Shown one piece after another: positions 33,885 through 44,399 of a stretch of 64,000 nt of DNA (position 1 is its first letter; the number at the start of each line of letters is the position of its first letter). Origin of the DNA: Candidatus Moanibacter sp. (GTDB lineage Bacteria; Verrucomicrobiota; Verrucomicrobiia; Opitutales; UBA2987). The DNA lies in the NCBI GenBank assembly GCA_965215885.1, contig CBDCEW010000095.1, positions 32,001-96,000 on the forward strand, written 5' to 3'. The position numbers and the translations under genes are program-made. Under the pieces are notes generated by a model. It searched no databases, had not been told where the DNA came from, and saw only the letters and a program-made list of their open reading frames with translations.

Positions 33885-34430
33885 ATGCCAACAAAAACAG
33901 AAAGTCCACCGGTAAAAAATCGTGATGCAAAGGAACTCGAATTTCAAGGCTTAAAGGGGAAAAGGTTTCGATTGTTTTCGATGAGCCGGAATTAACTTCT
34001 GATGCGGGGCTCTTGGCGATAGCGGAACTTGAAAAATCGCTTGGATGGATTGAGAAGCTCGCTGGATGTATCAGCGATCGACGGATTGGTCCGATCCATA
34101 GTATCGTAGCATTGCTGAGCCAACGGATCTATCAGATCATCGGCGGCTATCCGGATGCGAATGACTGCGACCGAATGCGAAATGATGGGACTGTGCAGAC
34201 GATCAGCGGAGGGGAGCAGCAACTGGCGAGCCAGCCGACAATGTCGCGGCTGGAAAACAGGGTGAAGGCCAAAGATCTGGTGCGGCTGGCCTATGGGATA
34301 GGAGAGATCTTCCTGGACAGCTTCGAGAAGGCGCCCCGCATGATCGTGATCGACATGGATCCGACCGCGCACCTGGTCTACGGGCAGCAGCAACTGGGAT
34401 TGTTCAACACCCATGTGGGCGACACCTGCC
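33885..34430 (+). mobile_element. IS1380-family transposase 5' fragment
   Basis: LTSDAGLL, QRIYQIIGGYPDANDCD, LASQPTMSRLEN, IDMDPT; frameshifted and truncated. Confidence 0.85.
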
Positions 34431-34853
34431 TAAATTGCTTATCTTCCCAGGATTTGTAGTCTCCGTGGCGTGGATTAACTGTGATTTCGTTCTTCATTTC
34501 ACAAAAATGGCTCGCCTGCCCTATTCCTTTCCCGAATTTCGCGGATAAAAGACTTGAGGCCTCTCATACGGTTTACAGAAAACGAAGAGAATTTACTTTG
34601 ACCCCCCCCCTACTCCTCTGCTCTGGCTAGCTACGTCCAACCATTCAGCCTTAAGTTTTTCCTTCATCTTTTCCAGAGGTTTGATAAGGAGGCGCAAGGA
34701 TGCCGATTCAGCGGGGTCCTTGGCAATGGCGGCCTCTACTAAGCCGATAGCGACCCTGTTTTCTTCTAACCGGTCGTTTATCCGTCCAAGGCTCATCACT
34801 CTTTCTGCTTCGCTCCCGACGCTCCAAGGAAACGTTCGCTCTATCTCATCTAA

Positions 34854-34949
34854 TTTAATCGCTTCGGGTTTAATTCCCCGAAGCTTGCTTCGTTTCTAAT
34901 TCATAAAGTCTAATATCAAATGCCTCGGGGCTTGCCCCGAGGATCTTTA
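34854..34949 (-). mobile_element. 96-bp palindromic element, copy 2
   Basis: Exact reverse complement of 8926-9021; supplies the last codons of ORF 34870-35544. Confidence 0.7.
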
Positions 34950-35890
34950 CTTTCACCCTCCATGCTAGATGGGTATCGGTAGTATGTCGTAGGCGTTTTG
35001 AGAGGCCTTTCTGGGCTTCCTTGGCCCATGCTCGCGCTCTGTCGAGCTCTGAGTTCCAATTATTAAGCAGGGTAAGCAAGTTGCGTCGGCGGTAGTCCTC
35101 GTCTTTGCGAAAGTTAGCGGAGTAGTAGCTTTTGAGTAGTTGCAGTTCTTTGGGTAGTGGGTCTATTTGCGCCAGCGCTTCTTCTTCTGCGATGGTCCAT
35201 AGCGTGGATTCGTAGCGTCTGAACAGCTTTCCGACCTTGCACATAAGCGGACTATTCTCCGTAACTCGCAGACGGCTCTTCTCTGTCTGAGAAAGCCTGG
35301 ACTTGGCGACCGTGTTGGGGCGTTTAATGGGTTTGTCTGGGAGATTTTTGGGATTTTCGGAATTTTTCTTTTTTATTTTTCTTTTACTTCTGTTTCTTTT
35401 CTCGGGAAGAGGGGGAGTATGAGGGGGGGGGAAGGGGCTTCTTTTCTTTCGGGTAGGGGGGGCACCCTTAGGATGTGGGTAAGGGGTACCCTTAGGGATG
35501 GGTAGAATTCGTGGGTGTGTTAGTCCTATGGGCAGTGGCTCCACCGCGTTTACCGTGCGCTCTTGACAGCGCTCTGTTGCGCTCGTCTCGAACCATCCTC
35601 CTACACATCAGAGCACCGGTATCAGGGCAGGTGGAGGCAACGCCATATTCCAGCAGAATCGCCTTTACCTTATCCCACTCACTAGGACCAATTCTGAGAA
35701 TATTCGAGGCAATGACGGTGTCGGGCACAGGCGTTTCTGGAGTCAGCATGAGTTTGCCGATTTCAGGGCTGGCGTGCATCTTAAGCAGGATTTCAAACCA
35801 TATTCCCCGTTCAAAGTAGGATAGGGCCTGTATGCCTAGATCGGATGTCCAGTCGCCTGGGGAGAAGCGTATTATTGAGGGTTTAGCCAT
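34870..35890 (-). pseudogene. Phage replication-initiator-like protein (YdaU/DUF1376-like N-terminus), frameshifted
   Basis: FSPGDWTSD..LSYFERGIWFEIL..M..CRRMVRD..GKRGG, then a basic/Pro-rich linker; split over ORFs 35492-35929 and 34870-35544. Confidence 0.55.
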
Positions 35891-35953
35891 AGTGCTTTTT
35901 GATAAGATCGCGGATTTGGCTCGTAGCACAACCCTGCCAAAACTGTTGCTTTT

Positions 35954-36145
35954 TCAGCCTCTTAAGTTCGGCCAGGAGGTTCCTCGTTCGGTGTCCACCA
36001 GCGCAATCCGCTTTCCGCTGATTTGGGCCAATCCCTCGGCAAGGAGTAGGGCGGTGAAGGTCTTCCCTGATCCTGCCAGGCCATACATACCTAACTTGAG
36101 GGCCGCCTGTTGTCGTTTCTGTGCTGCTCTGAATGGTTCTGCCAT
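35954..36145 (-). pseudogene. AAA_24/Sak4-like phage ATPase fragment
   Basis: LYG-type Walker A GLAGSGKTFTAL..IALVDTERG, truncated at 63 aa. Confidence 0.65.
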
Positions 36146-36367
36146 AACTTCTATTCTCCTGGTTCTAAAGCGTGTTGAGGAACGTATCTCAATCCATAAA
36201 TGTCTTCCTGAGAATTTCCCAGAAGACCCGGAGGTATATTCCGGTCACTATTCCGACAACCAAGCATACAAGCAGGATCATCGCCTCATGACACAGGGCT
36301 AGTAATTTATGGGAAGGGAGCTAGCGTGAAGACAGAATTAGTTGCTCTGCGCAGACGGACAAGCCGG

Positions 36368-36595
36368 ATGCTCAAAACCATCATTTTAGCTTTCACCATT
36401 CTCACTATGGCAACCGGATGCGGAACACTCGAAACGGCGTGGCGGCAAGTAGTCGTTCAGCCATTCGCGGAGTATCAGATTGACCCATGCCGAATCCCGA
36501 CAAAATGGGATTCGGAGAAAAGCGACTGGGTTGTGGATTCCGGCCGGATCGGTTCATTCAACCTCGGCAGGTGCATCGAGAAACGGAGGGATTGA
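36368..36595 (+). CDS. Small putative lipoprotein
   Basis: MLKTIILAFTILTMATGC lipobox-like signal. Confidence 0.4.
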   Translation: MLKTIILAFTILTMATGCGTLETAWRQVVVQPFAEYQIDPCRIPTKWDSEKSDWVVDSGRIGSFNLGRCIEKRRD

Positions 36596-36806
36596 GTCAA
36601 ATCGTCGGATGTAGCCGCCCATAGTGGAGCCTCCTCCCTGGGTGAAGTATATAATCTGGGAGGGATCAGCCCCTACCCGGACGCGACAGCGACACTCCCA
36701 TAAAGGGGAGGTGTCGCAGTGTCGCATGACAGGCCTTTGCGACATGTCGTGCGAGGTGTCGCGGAAAGTGTCGTGATGGTTTCGCAGGGCATTGGTTCAT
36801 AGTAAT

Positions 36807-37952
36807 TTATGAATTCAGGGATTCTCCTTTTTTGGTGAGTTTGTAGCCGTCCTTGCCGGTGCGGAAGTAGTCCTCCTTCTTCCCCTTGAGCAGGATGCGC
36901 TGAAGCGATCGTTTGGAGCCGGAATCCTCTCCGCCAAGAGCGGCATGGATCTCGCCGATTTTCTTCGGCCCGTCGGCAAGAGTTTCAGCGGCCTCGGCAA
37001 TGGAGAAATTCGCATTGGACCGCTTGCCCTCAACGTCGTCTTTCCAGGCATTGAGATGGAAGTTCGGATCGATATCATAGAGCATCGTCTCCTCGTTCAA
37101 CTTGAGGCCCACCGGGTCGAAGGGTTTGGCGTCGTTCGACTTGCCGCAGGAAACGACGATGCGGGAATGGTCGTCGGGATCTGCGGGAGCGATGTTGATT
37201 TGGGACCGCGCTCCCGAGTAGAGGGCCTTGGAACCCAAAGCGAAGTTTCCCTTGTCCCACCCTACTGCTTGGGCGATGTTTTGCCGCCCGGTGCGTCCGT
37301 GGTGAACGATGATGATGGCAGTGGTCGGATCGAAGAGGCGGCAAACCTTGGTCAGTTCACGCAAGGTCTGCCGGACATCGACGTCCTTGTTGATGTCGCC
37401 GACATTTACCTCGCCGAACGGATCGACATAGATGCAGTTCGGTTGAGTCGACTCGATCGTGTCCTGCCACTTCTTTCGGATGTCGTCGGAGCCGAGATTG
37501 ATGAAAGCATCGTCAATCTCCCAGACAACATGGAAGAAGACATGGGCATCGACCAAGGCCTTTTGATTAGGTGTGAGCGCGGCGGTCATTTTCAGGTAGT
37601 CGGATTTCTGACGGTAGATACTGTTCTCGGTGCCGATCAGGAGATGGCGCAGTGGCTCCGGGTGCGTAGGCATTCCGGCGACGGGCCAGCCCATGACTTG
37701 CGAAATGGCCGTCTGCATAACGATCCGGCTCTTGCCGGTGCCACCCTGCCCGATGAGCGTGGTGAGTTGCCCGAGCGCGATCACGCCATCGCCCAGGACG
37801 TTGACCTTCGGCGGGACCGATACGCTACGGAGTTGCGCGCCCGAAAGCACGGTGAAGGGCTTCGGTGCGGGATGGGTTTGATTTTCGATGGCGTGGAAGT
37901 CGGGATCTTCGATTTCCCGCCAGAGATCGGTAAGATTCCGCGATGCAGTCAT
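36807..37952 (-). CDS. RepA/AAA_25 (SF4-like) helicase
   Basis: GQGGTGKS Walker A, IYVDP Walker B, IVHHGR, GS..L...AR. Confidence 0.85.
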   Translation of the reverse strand: MTASRNLTDLWREIEDPDFHAIENQTHPAPKPFTVLSGAQLRSVSVPPKVNVLGDGVIALGQLTTLIGQGGTGKSRIVMQTAISQVMGWPVAGMPTHPEPLRHLLIGTENSIYRQKSDYLKMTAALTPNQKALVDAHVFFHVVWEIDDAFINLGSDDIRKKWQDTIESTQPNCIYVDPFGEVNVGDINKDVDVRQTLRELTKVCRLFDPTTAIIIVHHGRTGRQNIAQAVGWDKGNFALGSKALYSGARSQINIAPADPDDHSRIVVSCGKSNDAKPFDPVGLKLNEETMLYDIDPNFHLNAWKDDVEGKRSNANFSIAEAAETLADGPKKIGEIHAALGGEDSGSKRSLQRILLKGKKEDYFRTGKDGYKLTKKGESLNS

Positions 37953-38810
37953 TCATGAAACGGGTTTGGATTGAAGTGGAGGACGTGTTGCGTTTCGCCG
38001 TTGTCGCGTCGGCCTCCGGGCATACGCACGAGCTTGGCCGGGTCCCAGAGGGACGAATCGGCCCCGAGGTAAACCGCGTGCCGGAAAAAGCGGAGCTTGG
38101 CATACTCGGAGATTTGCTGGACCTGGAACCAGCCGTGCAGCGACTTGCCCCCGGACCAAACGACCAGCGTCAGCGGAGTCAGTTTGGTGGACAGCGAACC
38201 AAGGATCGCGGCTTGTTCGGCAAGTGTTCCGCGGTCGAACTCGATGACCAGGTAGGTGCGCTGTTTCGTGGCGTTGTCGTGGCAACGTGCCGAGACGCGA
38301 CCTGATTGATTGAGGCCGGTCTCCGCGGTCATCGGGTTGGCGACGATGAATTGAAGCGCCGCCTCCTTGCCCCGCCATGCATCGCGGGGCTGAGTCTGCG
38401 CGGATCGGGTGTCGAGCGCGGCACAGACCAAGGGATCGCCGGGAAAAAGCCGATCGACCACCATCTCGGCGGTGACCTCCAGCGGCGTCTCGGAGAATGG
38501 AACCGGGTGATGCTTGCGCCGTTCCCATGCGGCCGGATTGAAGTCCGGCCAAGCGGGGATCCGCCGATTTCCCGGAAACCTTGGCTTTTCCGAGTAGGTC
38601 CGGGCGACGGCGCGGTCGATCTCGGGACCGAAGTCGCGGTCGTCCCAACGGGACGCAACCTTGCGAAGGAAGCTGCGGACCTTCTCCGGCGAAGCGAAAT
38701 GGCGTGCCCGCTTGGCGACGGTGAACAGCCACACGTTGCGACTGCCCTTGACCGGCGGATTGTTGAGCGCCTCGGTGAGGGCCGGTGGAAGTCCTGAAAG
38801 AATCGCCATG
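37949..38810 (-). CDS. Primase-like replication protein
   Basis: YLVIEFD, VWSGGKSLHGWF and D...LVRMPGG motifs; translationally coupled to the helicase gene. Confidence 0.7.
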
Positions 38811-38819
38811 ATCGGTGCC

Positions 38820-39790
38820 TCACTTGCAGTAGGTTTGTGTTTCGATGCCCTCGGCAGCGACGGGCAGACCTGGCATCCATGTCGGAGTCCGGGCGAGCAA
38901 ACCGGTGACAATATCGGGCGTGACTTCCGGATCCTCGGGCACTTCGCAGATTACCTCATCGTGAACGGTCCAAAGGATCCGAATTCCGGCCTGGTGGATA
39001 CGGAGCAATCCCTCGGCGAAGACATCGCGACCAGTGGCTTGGACCACGTTTACGGTGAGTTTTCCGCCATACCATTCGAAGCGGCGCCCGCCCCGCTCCG
39101 TTGCAGCGGTGATGCCGCTATCGAAAGCGTGAACGTTGAAGTAGCGGATCCCGCGACCGCTTGGCAGACGCACGAAAAAGGTATGGCCATGGCGGCTCCG
39201 CATCTGGTTTTCGAGATTCCGCCACAACCCGGTGATGCGTGGATTGGCCGCACGGAAGTCGTCTACGGTGGCCTTCGCCTCGGCGAGCGTGATTTCCAGA
39301 CCGTAGGTCTTGGCGAGGTTCTGGAAGGTTTTGGCTCCGGCACCGTAGCCGAGACCGATCACCCGGCATTTCGCCAAGAGGTAGCGACGCGGGTCCTCTT
39401 TCTTCAAGTTCGCTCCGGTGAAACCCATCGAAGTTTCCGCGTGGGCCTGATAGATCGTCAGCCCTCCACGTATTTTCTCCAGCAAGTCGAAGTCGCCCGC
39501 CATCCACGCGAGGACACGCGGCTCGATCCGGGAAAGGTCGGCGATGAGGAGCTTGTGGCCTGGTCGAGCGATCAGGCAGCGGCGCGGATCGACACCGTGA
39601 AGCGGCTCTCGGTTGAAGTTCTGGAGATTGAGGCCGGCATCCCCGGACCATCGACCGGTGGCAATCGCGCCGAAATACTTCAGCGAGAACGGGAGTGAGC
39701 CATCCGGTCGGCAACGGTCACGCATCGTCTCCAAGACCCGAAGCATACGATTCGATTTCCGCCAGTTTCGGATGTGTCGAATCCACGGAG
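38820..39790 (-). pseudogene. Family A DNA polymerase, polymerase-domain fragment
   Basis: TGRWS..NLQN, ADLSRIEPR (motif A), K...LGYG (motif B), VHDE (motif C); exonuclease and thumb N-terminus missing. Confidence 0.85.
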
Positions 39791-39846
39791 AGCGGCAAGA
39801 CGGGGGCCAGTCTCGGTGCGGGTGGTGACTTTGGACAAGTCATCGC

Positions 39847-40068
39847 TTACCGGCGTCGAGGGTTGACGGTGCAATTCTCGTCCAGCGCGGCCCGGACCTT
39901 CTCCACGTCGAAGCGGACGAAGTGGCCGATCTTGACGTAGGGAATTTTCCGCTGGGCCTGCATCTGGCGAAGCCAGCGCAAGGACGGTCGGCTCTGTTCG
40001 TCGAAAAGGGCTTCGAGGAGCCCGTTGGCGTCAACGAGTTTCGGTTGGGTGGGCAAAGGTGTTTCCAT
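39847..40068 (-). CDS. Excisionase-like HTH protein
   Basis: 73 aa; RKIPYVKIGHFVRFDVEKV. Confidence 0.7.
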   Translation of the reverse strand: METPLPTQPKLVDANGLLEALFDEQSRPSLRWLRQMQAQRKIPYVKIGHFVRFDVEKVRAALDENCTVNPRRR

Positions 40069-40297
40069 CTTCGTAATTTATTAGAGTTTGGTGAAGTCGT
40101 CGGAGTGAATCAGGAGCCAGAAGCCGGGCCTGCCCTTCTCGGACAGGCGCAGCCGTTTCGCGTCACGGAGCGTGGTGGGCCGGAGCCCGTCACCGCCCGC
40201 GCGAGGCAAGCGGTGACAGGGCGACCCGTCGGCTTTATACCAGTGCGTGGACTGGCTCTGATCTTTCTTGAGAACTGCCATGATCAGCGAACTCCGC

Positions 40298-40831
40298 TTA
40301 GAATGGGCCGTTCTCCTGCGGATCGACCGCGGGATTCCATGCCTGCTGCGGCGCAGCCGGCGGAGCGGGAGCCTGAGCTTGGGCGAAGGCTTCAAGCGGG
40401 AGCACCTGCGGCTTGAGCTGGTCGATGACCGGAGAAATGCCGACCATGTTGGCGTAGGTCTTCGTCCCCTCGCGGCTTTCCCTGTGGGCCACGGTAATCA
40501 TCGCGCCCTGGCCGCGAAGTTCGCAGTAGTCCCAACCATACTTCGGCGGATGGCCGAGCCAACTGGTCAGCAATTTGAACAGGTTGCTCTTGGGCGATCC
40601 GCTGATGCGGAACTCGAAGGTCTGGACCTTGTAGGTCTGGCCGTCCTGACCGCGGAACCCGAAAAGGAAGCGCGTAACATCGAGCTTCTCGATTTCCTGC
40701 GGGTTCTCGAATTTCGGACGATCAACACCAAACTGGTCCTGAACGTCGAGACAGGTGGCAACGAATGTGCCAGCGGGAGCGAGGGCTCCGGTGTCGAAGC
40801 CAGAGGCTTCGGGTTCTTTCATAACTGCCAT
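40298..40831 (-). CDS. Phage-type single-stranded DNA-binding protein (putative)
   Basis: APAGTFVATC..KSNL..L..W..YAN.. and an acidic/aromatic tail ENGPF. Confidence 0.6.
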   Translation of the reverse strand: MAVMKEPEASGFDTGALAPAGTFVATCLDVQDQFGVDRPKFENPQEIEKLDVTRFLFGFRGQDGQTYKVQTFEFRISGSPKSNLFKLLTSWLGHPPKYGWDYCELRGQGAMITVAHRESREGTKTYANMVGISPVIDQLKPQVLPLEAFAQAQAPAPPAAPQQAWNPAVDPQENGPF

Positions 40832-40965
40832 GATTATCTATTTTCATCAGGCAGACCCTACCTTGCTCGTGCTTCATGCCGTTGCTTCTCGGTGAATCTG
40901 CCTTCACCTCGAAGGCGCTACATGACGCGTAGCGAGAGCTACTTTTCGCGTAGCGGGGGATTTTT

Positions 40966-43089
40966 CTAACTATTTTTCACCGGATTGGGGCTTCGTGGAC
41001 GCGTGCTCCAAGAGGTCGGAACCTCGGGCTGGTATCTTAGCACGGCCCCGAGATCTATCGCATCACGGAGATGATCGGCAAAAACGCGATCATCCTTACC
41101 GATTTCCTCGATGGTTCGGTTAACGCTGTTCCGAACACTGTCGCGAAGGTTCTTCCGCTCATCCCTGGCTTTGCGGATTCTTCCGCCCAAACCAACGGCT
41201 CGACCGATTTCCTTTTCGATCACGGCTACCTCCTCCTCAAGCTCAGTCACGCGGCCGACATCATTGTTTGTCTCGGCCTCGCGCCTTTCTTCAGGGATCT
41301 CGCCTAGCCTCTCGCGGTATTTCGCTAGCGCCTTTTTATCAACCACGTCGCCAAGATCCCCCAACTGCGCTCTGTCGGTGATCGAAAAGCCCTCGGCGAT
41401 TTCCTCGGCGTCGATCTGGCCCGCCTCAACATCTTCGCAGAAACCGATATTCAGTTCTGCCGCCACATCATAAACGGAAAAGGAACGATCGGGTCGCCCG
41501 AGAAGGAACTGGAGATACTCACAACCTTTTCTGTGTTTCTGGATCAAGAGCGGCTTGCCTTTGTTGAACCGAATCTGCCAGACGTTTCCGCGCTTGTAGA
41601 AAAAGTTGGGGGGCTCTTCGTCGGTGCCGACTGCCGGCAGTGACGTAACGAATCCGGACTCGTAGACGATCCGGAGAAGTGAATCACCCGGGAGCTTGCG
41701 TGTTCGGATGTCGCCGGCGTGTCTGGCGAGCAGAATGTCGACTGCTTTACGGACCTCCCGAGCATGGCGCTTGTGTAGTTCAAAAAGCCGCTCGGCACTG
41801 CCTTGACGGTCGCCCGGCAAACAAGCCACTGCACGAAGCAACTCAGGATACTTGTCGATGAATTGAACGACGGAATCGACCTGCTCAATCTCATGGGCTC
41901 GTTCAAGATACGCAGCCGATAAAATCTTGTCGTCGTCCTTGGGCCGCTCACCGAGGAATATGTCATGCTTATAGTGGGTAGCCGGATCGTATTCTTCTGC
42001 ATCCGCTGCGACAATCGCTATGCGCCTATCGATGCATTGTGAACAAGTGCCGCAATGAGTTAGTTCCAGCCTTCGCACCCTCACGTGGGTGCAACTCACC
42101 GAGGTTGTGATTACTTCGGGAATCCCGGCCTCAACTATCAACCTGATGACATCCGCTTTCGTTTTCCAGAGGAAGGGATTCTCAACGGTGAACTGCTCGT
42201 CTGAGAGCAGCGTGAAAAGTTCCTGAAACCCCTCAATAACGCGGGGGTGCGTCGTTCGGGTGGCACGGCTCCCGATCACCTGAGCGCAGATTGGCAGATT
42301 CAGGCTGACGACTCCGTTCTCGTAAAAGCGAATACTGTTCAGGCCAAGCATCTTGGCAATGGTTGCACCGAAGCAGGCAAAAAGGAAAGAGCGGGTTCTC
42401 TGGGTATACTCTCGGGCGCGAGAGTTTCTCTTGCTTGCCCGGACACCGAGATGAATCGGTGCGAGACGGTCGCCAGCCTCTTGACTCAAGGCATCGTGCA
42501 ACTTCCGCAAAATTGTGTTGTTCTTGGTCGTTGGCTTGTGCGTTACCAAAACGACCTTGCGGCGCTGGCGAATCACCTCATCGACGGCTCCACCAAGTGA
42601 ATCGAGACCACCGGAAAACAGGATGACCTGTTCCGGTGGCGCGGAATTTTGTGGGTTTTCATCAAATTTGAGGTAAGTCTGAAAAGCAGGCGGATTCGCC
42701 GCTTGAACGAATTTGAAGGTGAACCGGTCGTCGGACAGGAAGCCGAGTAAACCGGAAAGACACTCGATGACTTCCGGCCTTTTCCAGACCTTCAGTTCGC
42801 GCACTGGAACGTGGAATGTGAAGTTGCGCCGCCAAGCGCCTCCGAAGCTGTCAACGTCTTGGTTGGTGCGCCTGATCAGTTGGTCGGCGCAGTAAACGTA
42901 GACGGCGATTTCAACCAGGTCATGGAGCTGGCTCGGGATTTTTCGAAGTAAACGTTCGTCGATGTCCTCGATGCGCAGAACAACATTCTCGTCTTCATCA
43001 CCGCCCCAGAGATTGAGGTTGATTTCTTTATCGGGGCCGTTGCCTGGCTTGGTCTTTTCACCGCAGTAAATGGAAAAGTCACGATGCAT
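40966..43089 (-). CDS. QueC-family (QatC-like) PP-loop enzyme with ~215-aa C-terminal extension
   Basis: LFSGGLDS, QRTRSFLF, YENG..SLN, TRTTHP, NPFLWKTK, SC..HCGTCSQCIDRR. Confidence 0.88.
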   Translation of the reverse strand: MHRDFSIYCGEKTKPGNGPDKEINLNLWGGDEDENVVLRIEDIDERLLRKIPSQLHDLVEIAVYVYCADQLIRRTNQDVDSFGGAWRRNFTFHVPVRELKVWKRPEVIECLSGLLGFLSDDRFTFKFVQAANPPAFQTYLKFDENPQNSAPPEQVILFSGGLDSLGGAVDEVIRQRRKVVLVTHKPTTKNNTILRKLHDALSQEAGDRLAPIHLGVRASKRNSRAREYTQRTRSFLFACFGATIAKMLGLNSIRFYENGVVSLNLPICAQVIGSRATRTTHPRVIEGFQELFTLLSDEQFTVENPFLWKTKADVIRLIVEAGIPEVITTSVSCTHVRVRRLELTHCGTCSQCIDRRIAIVAADAEEYDPATHYKHDIFLGERPKDDDKILSAAYLERAHEIEQVDSVVQFIDKYPELLRAVACLPGDRQGSAERLFELHKRHAREVRKAVDILLARHAGDIRTRKLPGDSLLRIVYESGFVTSLPAVGTDEEPPNFFYKRGNVWQIRFNKGKPLLIQKHRKGCEYLQFLLGRPDRSFSVYDVAAELNIGFCEDVEAGQIDAEEIAEGFSITDRAQLGDLGDVVDKKALAKYRERLGEIPEERREAETNNDVGRVTELEEEVAVIEKEIGRAVGLGGRIRKARDERKNLRDSVRNSVNRTIEEIGKDDRVFADHLRDAIDLGAVLRYQPEVPTSWSTRPRSPNPVKNS

Positions 43090-43867
43090 CAGGCTCAGCT
43101 CTTTTCTTCATTTCGGAGCGCATTTTCTCCATTGCAACCCGACCGAAGTCCTTCGATTTCTGTTTCGAGATGTGTCCGTTGTTCTCGTAGTGAATCTTGG
43201 AAAACCAATCAGCGCTGAAACGTTGAACGATCTTGGACGCCTCGCGGCAATGCGTCTCCAAGGCTTTCTTGAACTGAGCAACCTGGTTCATTGTGGCGAA
43301 CCGCTGGCCTTCTCCGATCTGAGTGCCGATGGTTTTGGATAGGAAGTAGTCGAGAGACCTGTTGGTCAGGTTGCTGAAGAAGGAACGCGACAACCGACCG
43401 AAGGCCGCAGGTTTTCCCAGATCGGCCAAGGCTGTCTCTAACTCATGTGCGGATAGCGTAAGCAGCGTGCCGTAACGGTCGTTCAGTTGTTCGATCACAG
43501 CAGAGACAAGCGCATTCTGCGCCAGCTCTCCAAAATCCGAGCTTTTCCCCTCAGCTGATACACCCTTGTCGAGCGCTGATACGATAGCGAGCGCAACATC
43601 GGTGAGTGTGGTATGGTCGGAGAGCTTGATTCCGAGCGCCTCAAAATGAGCGACTGGATCGTCAGACCTGGCAGCTACCGCTAACTGAGTCATTAGGTCA
43701 ACGGACTCCGCGAAACCACGGTCATTCTGGATTACCGCGAACGCCTTGTCGGCGGCCTGCATCGTTGCACCGGCCACCTTAGACACATCCGCACCGTCAG
43801 CGATGTAGCGGACGATTTCTTTCCACGCCCGAGTCTGCGGGAGCGTTCCTAGTCTTACGTGGCCCAT
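43079..43867 (-). CDS. Helical partner protein of the QueC-like enzyme (QatB-like position)
   Basis: 262 aa, begins MGHVRLGTLP, overlaps the QueC-like gene by 11 bp. Confidence 0.7.
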   Translation of the reverse strand: MGHVRLGTLPQTRAWKEIVRYIADGADVSKVAGATMQAADKAFAVIQNDRGFAESVDLMTQLAVAARSDDPVAHFEALGIKLSDHTTLTDVALAIVSALDKGVSAEGKSSDFGELAQNALVSAVIEQLNDRYGTLLTLSAHELETALADLGKPAAFGRLSRSFFSNLTNRSLDYFLSKTIGTQIGEGQRFATMNQVAQFKKALETHCREASKIVQRFSADWFSKIHYENNGHISKQKSKDFGRVAMEKMRSEMKKRAEPDAS

Positions 43868-44399
43868 GAATGGTGATGCGGGCGCTCTGTCCCTCCATAA
43901 ACATCAAACTTCCGCTTGAAGCCTTGTCAAAGCGTTTAACTTGCTTAGAGGCGTTATGATGATGAACTTCGGGGATGTCGGTCGGATGCTTTTTGAGCGG
44001 CAAGAGTTCAGTGGGAGGTGTGTCACCCGCTACCTCGAAGTGAAGTCGATGTCGGTTGCCTTCGAGAACGACGTCGAGTTCGTCCTCAAGGAAGCGAAAC
44101 TGAACTACGAGAAGCATTTCCGCGTCGATCCATTCATCTGTGACTTCATCCTGACGTTAGACCGACGACGCTTCGCCATTGACTGCAAATATAACGTCAA
44201 CCGCGACTGTAACCGCACCTAAGTGGCTGTGAAGCTCCTGCGGGAGAAGGGAGCAACCTTTCAGGCGCATCAATCGAACTGAGCAACAAGAGGTCTCCCA
44301 TCTCCGGAACCTGGTCGCGAAAGAGACGCGCGAGGGCAGGCCCGGAATCTGGCTGTCACAGAGCCCAAGGTATGCCGTCAATGCGGCCTCGCTCCCCAG

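Noticed and set aside
15305..39698. Long antisense ORFs (e.g. 16409-17737, 36945-37958, 38661-39698)
   Set aside because: Shadows of GC-rich genes on the opposite strand.
40966..43089. Housekeeping queC or a dpd DNA-deazaguanine modification cluster
   Set aside because: The protein is about three times canonical QueC length with QatC-type motifs, and no queD/queE/folE/dpdA is seen nearby.
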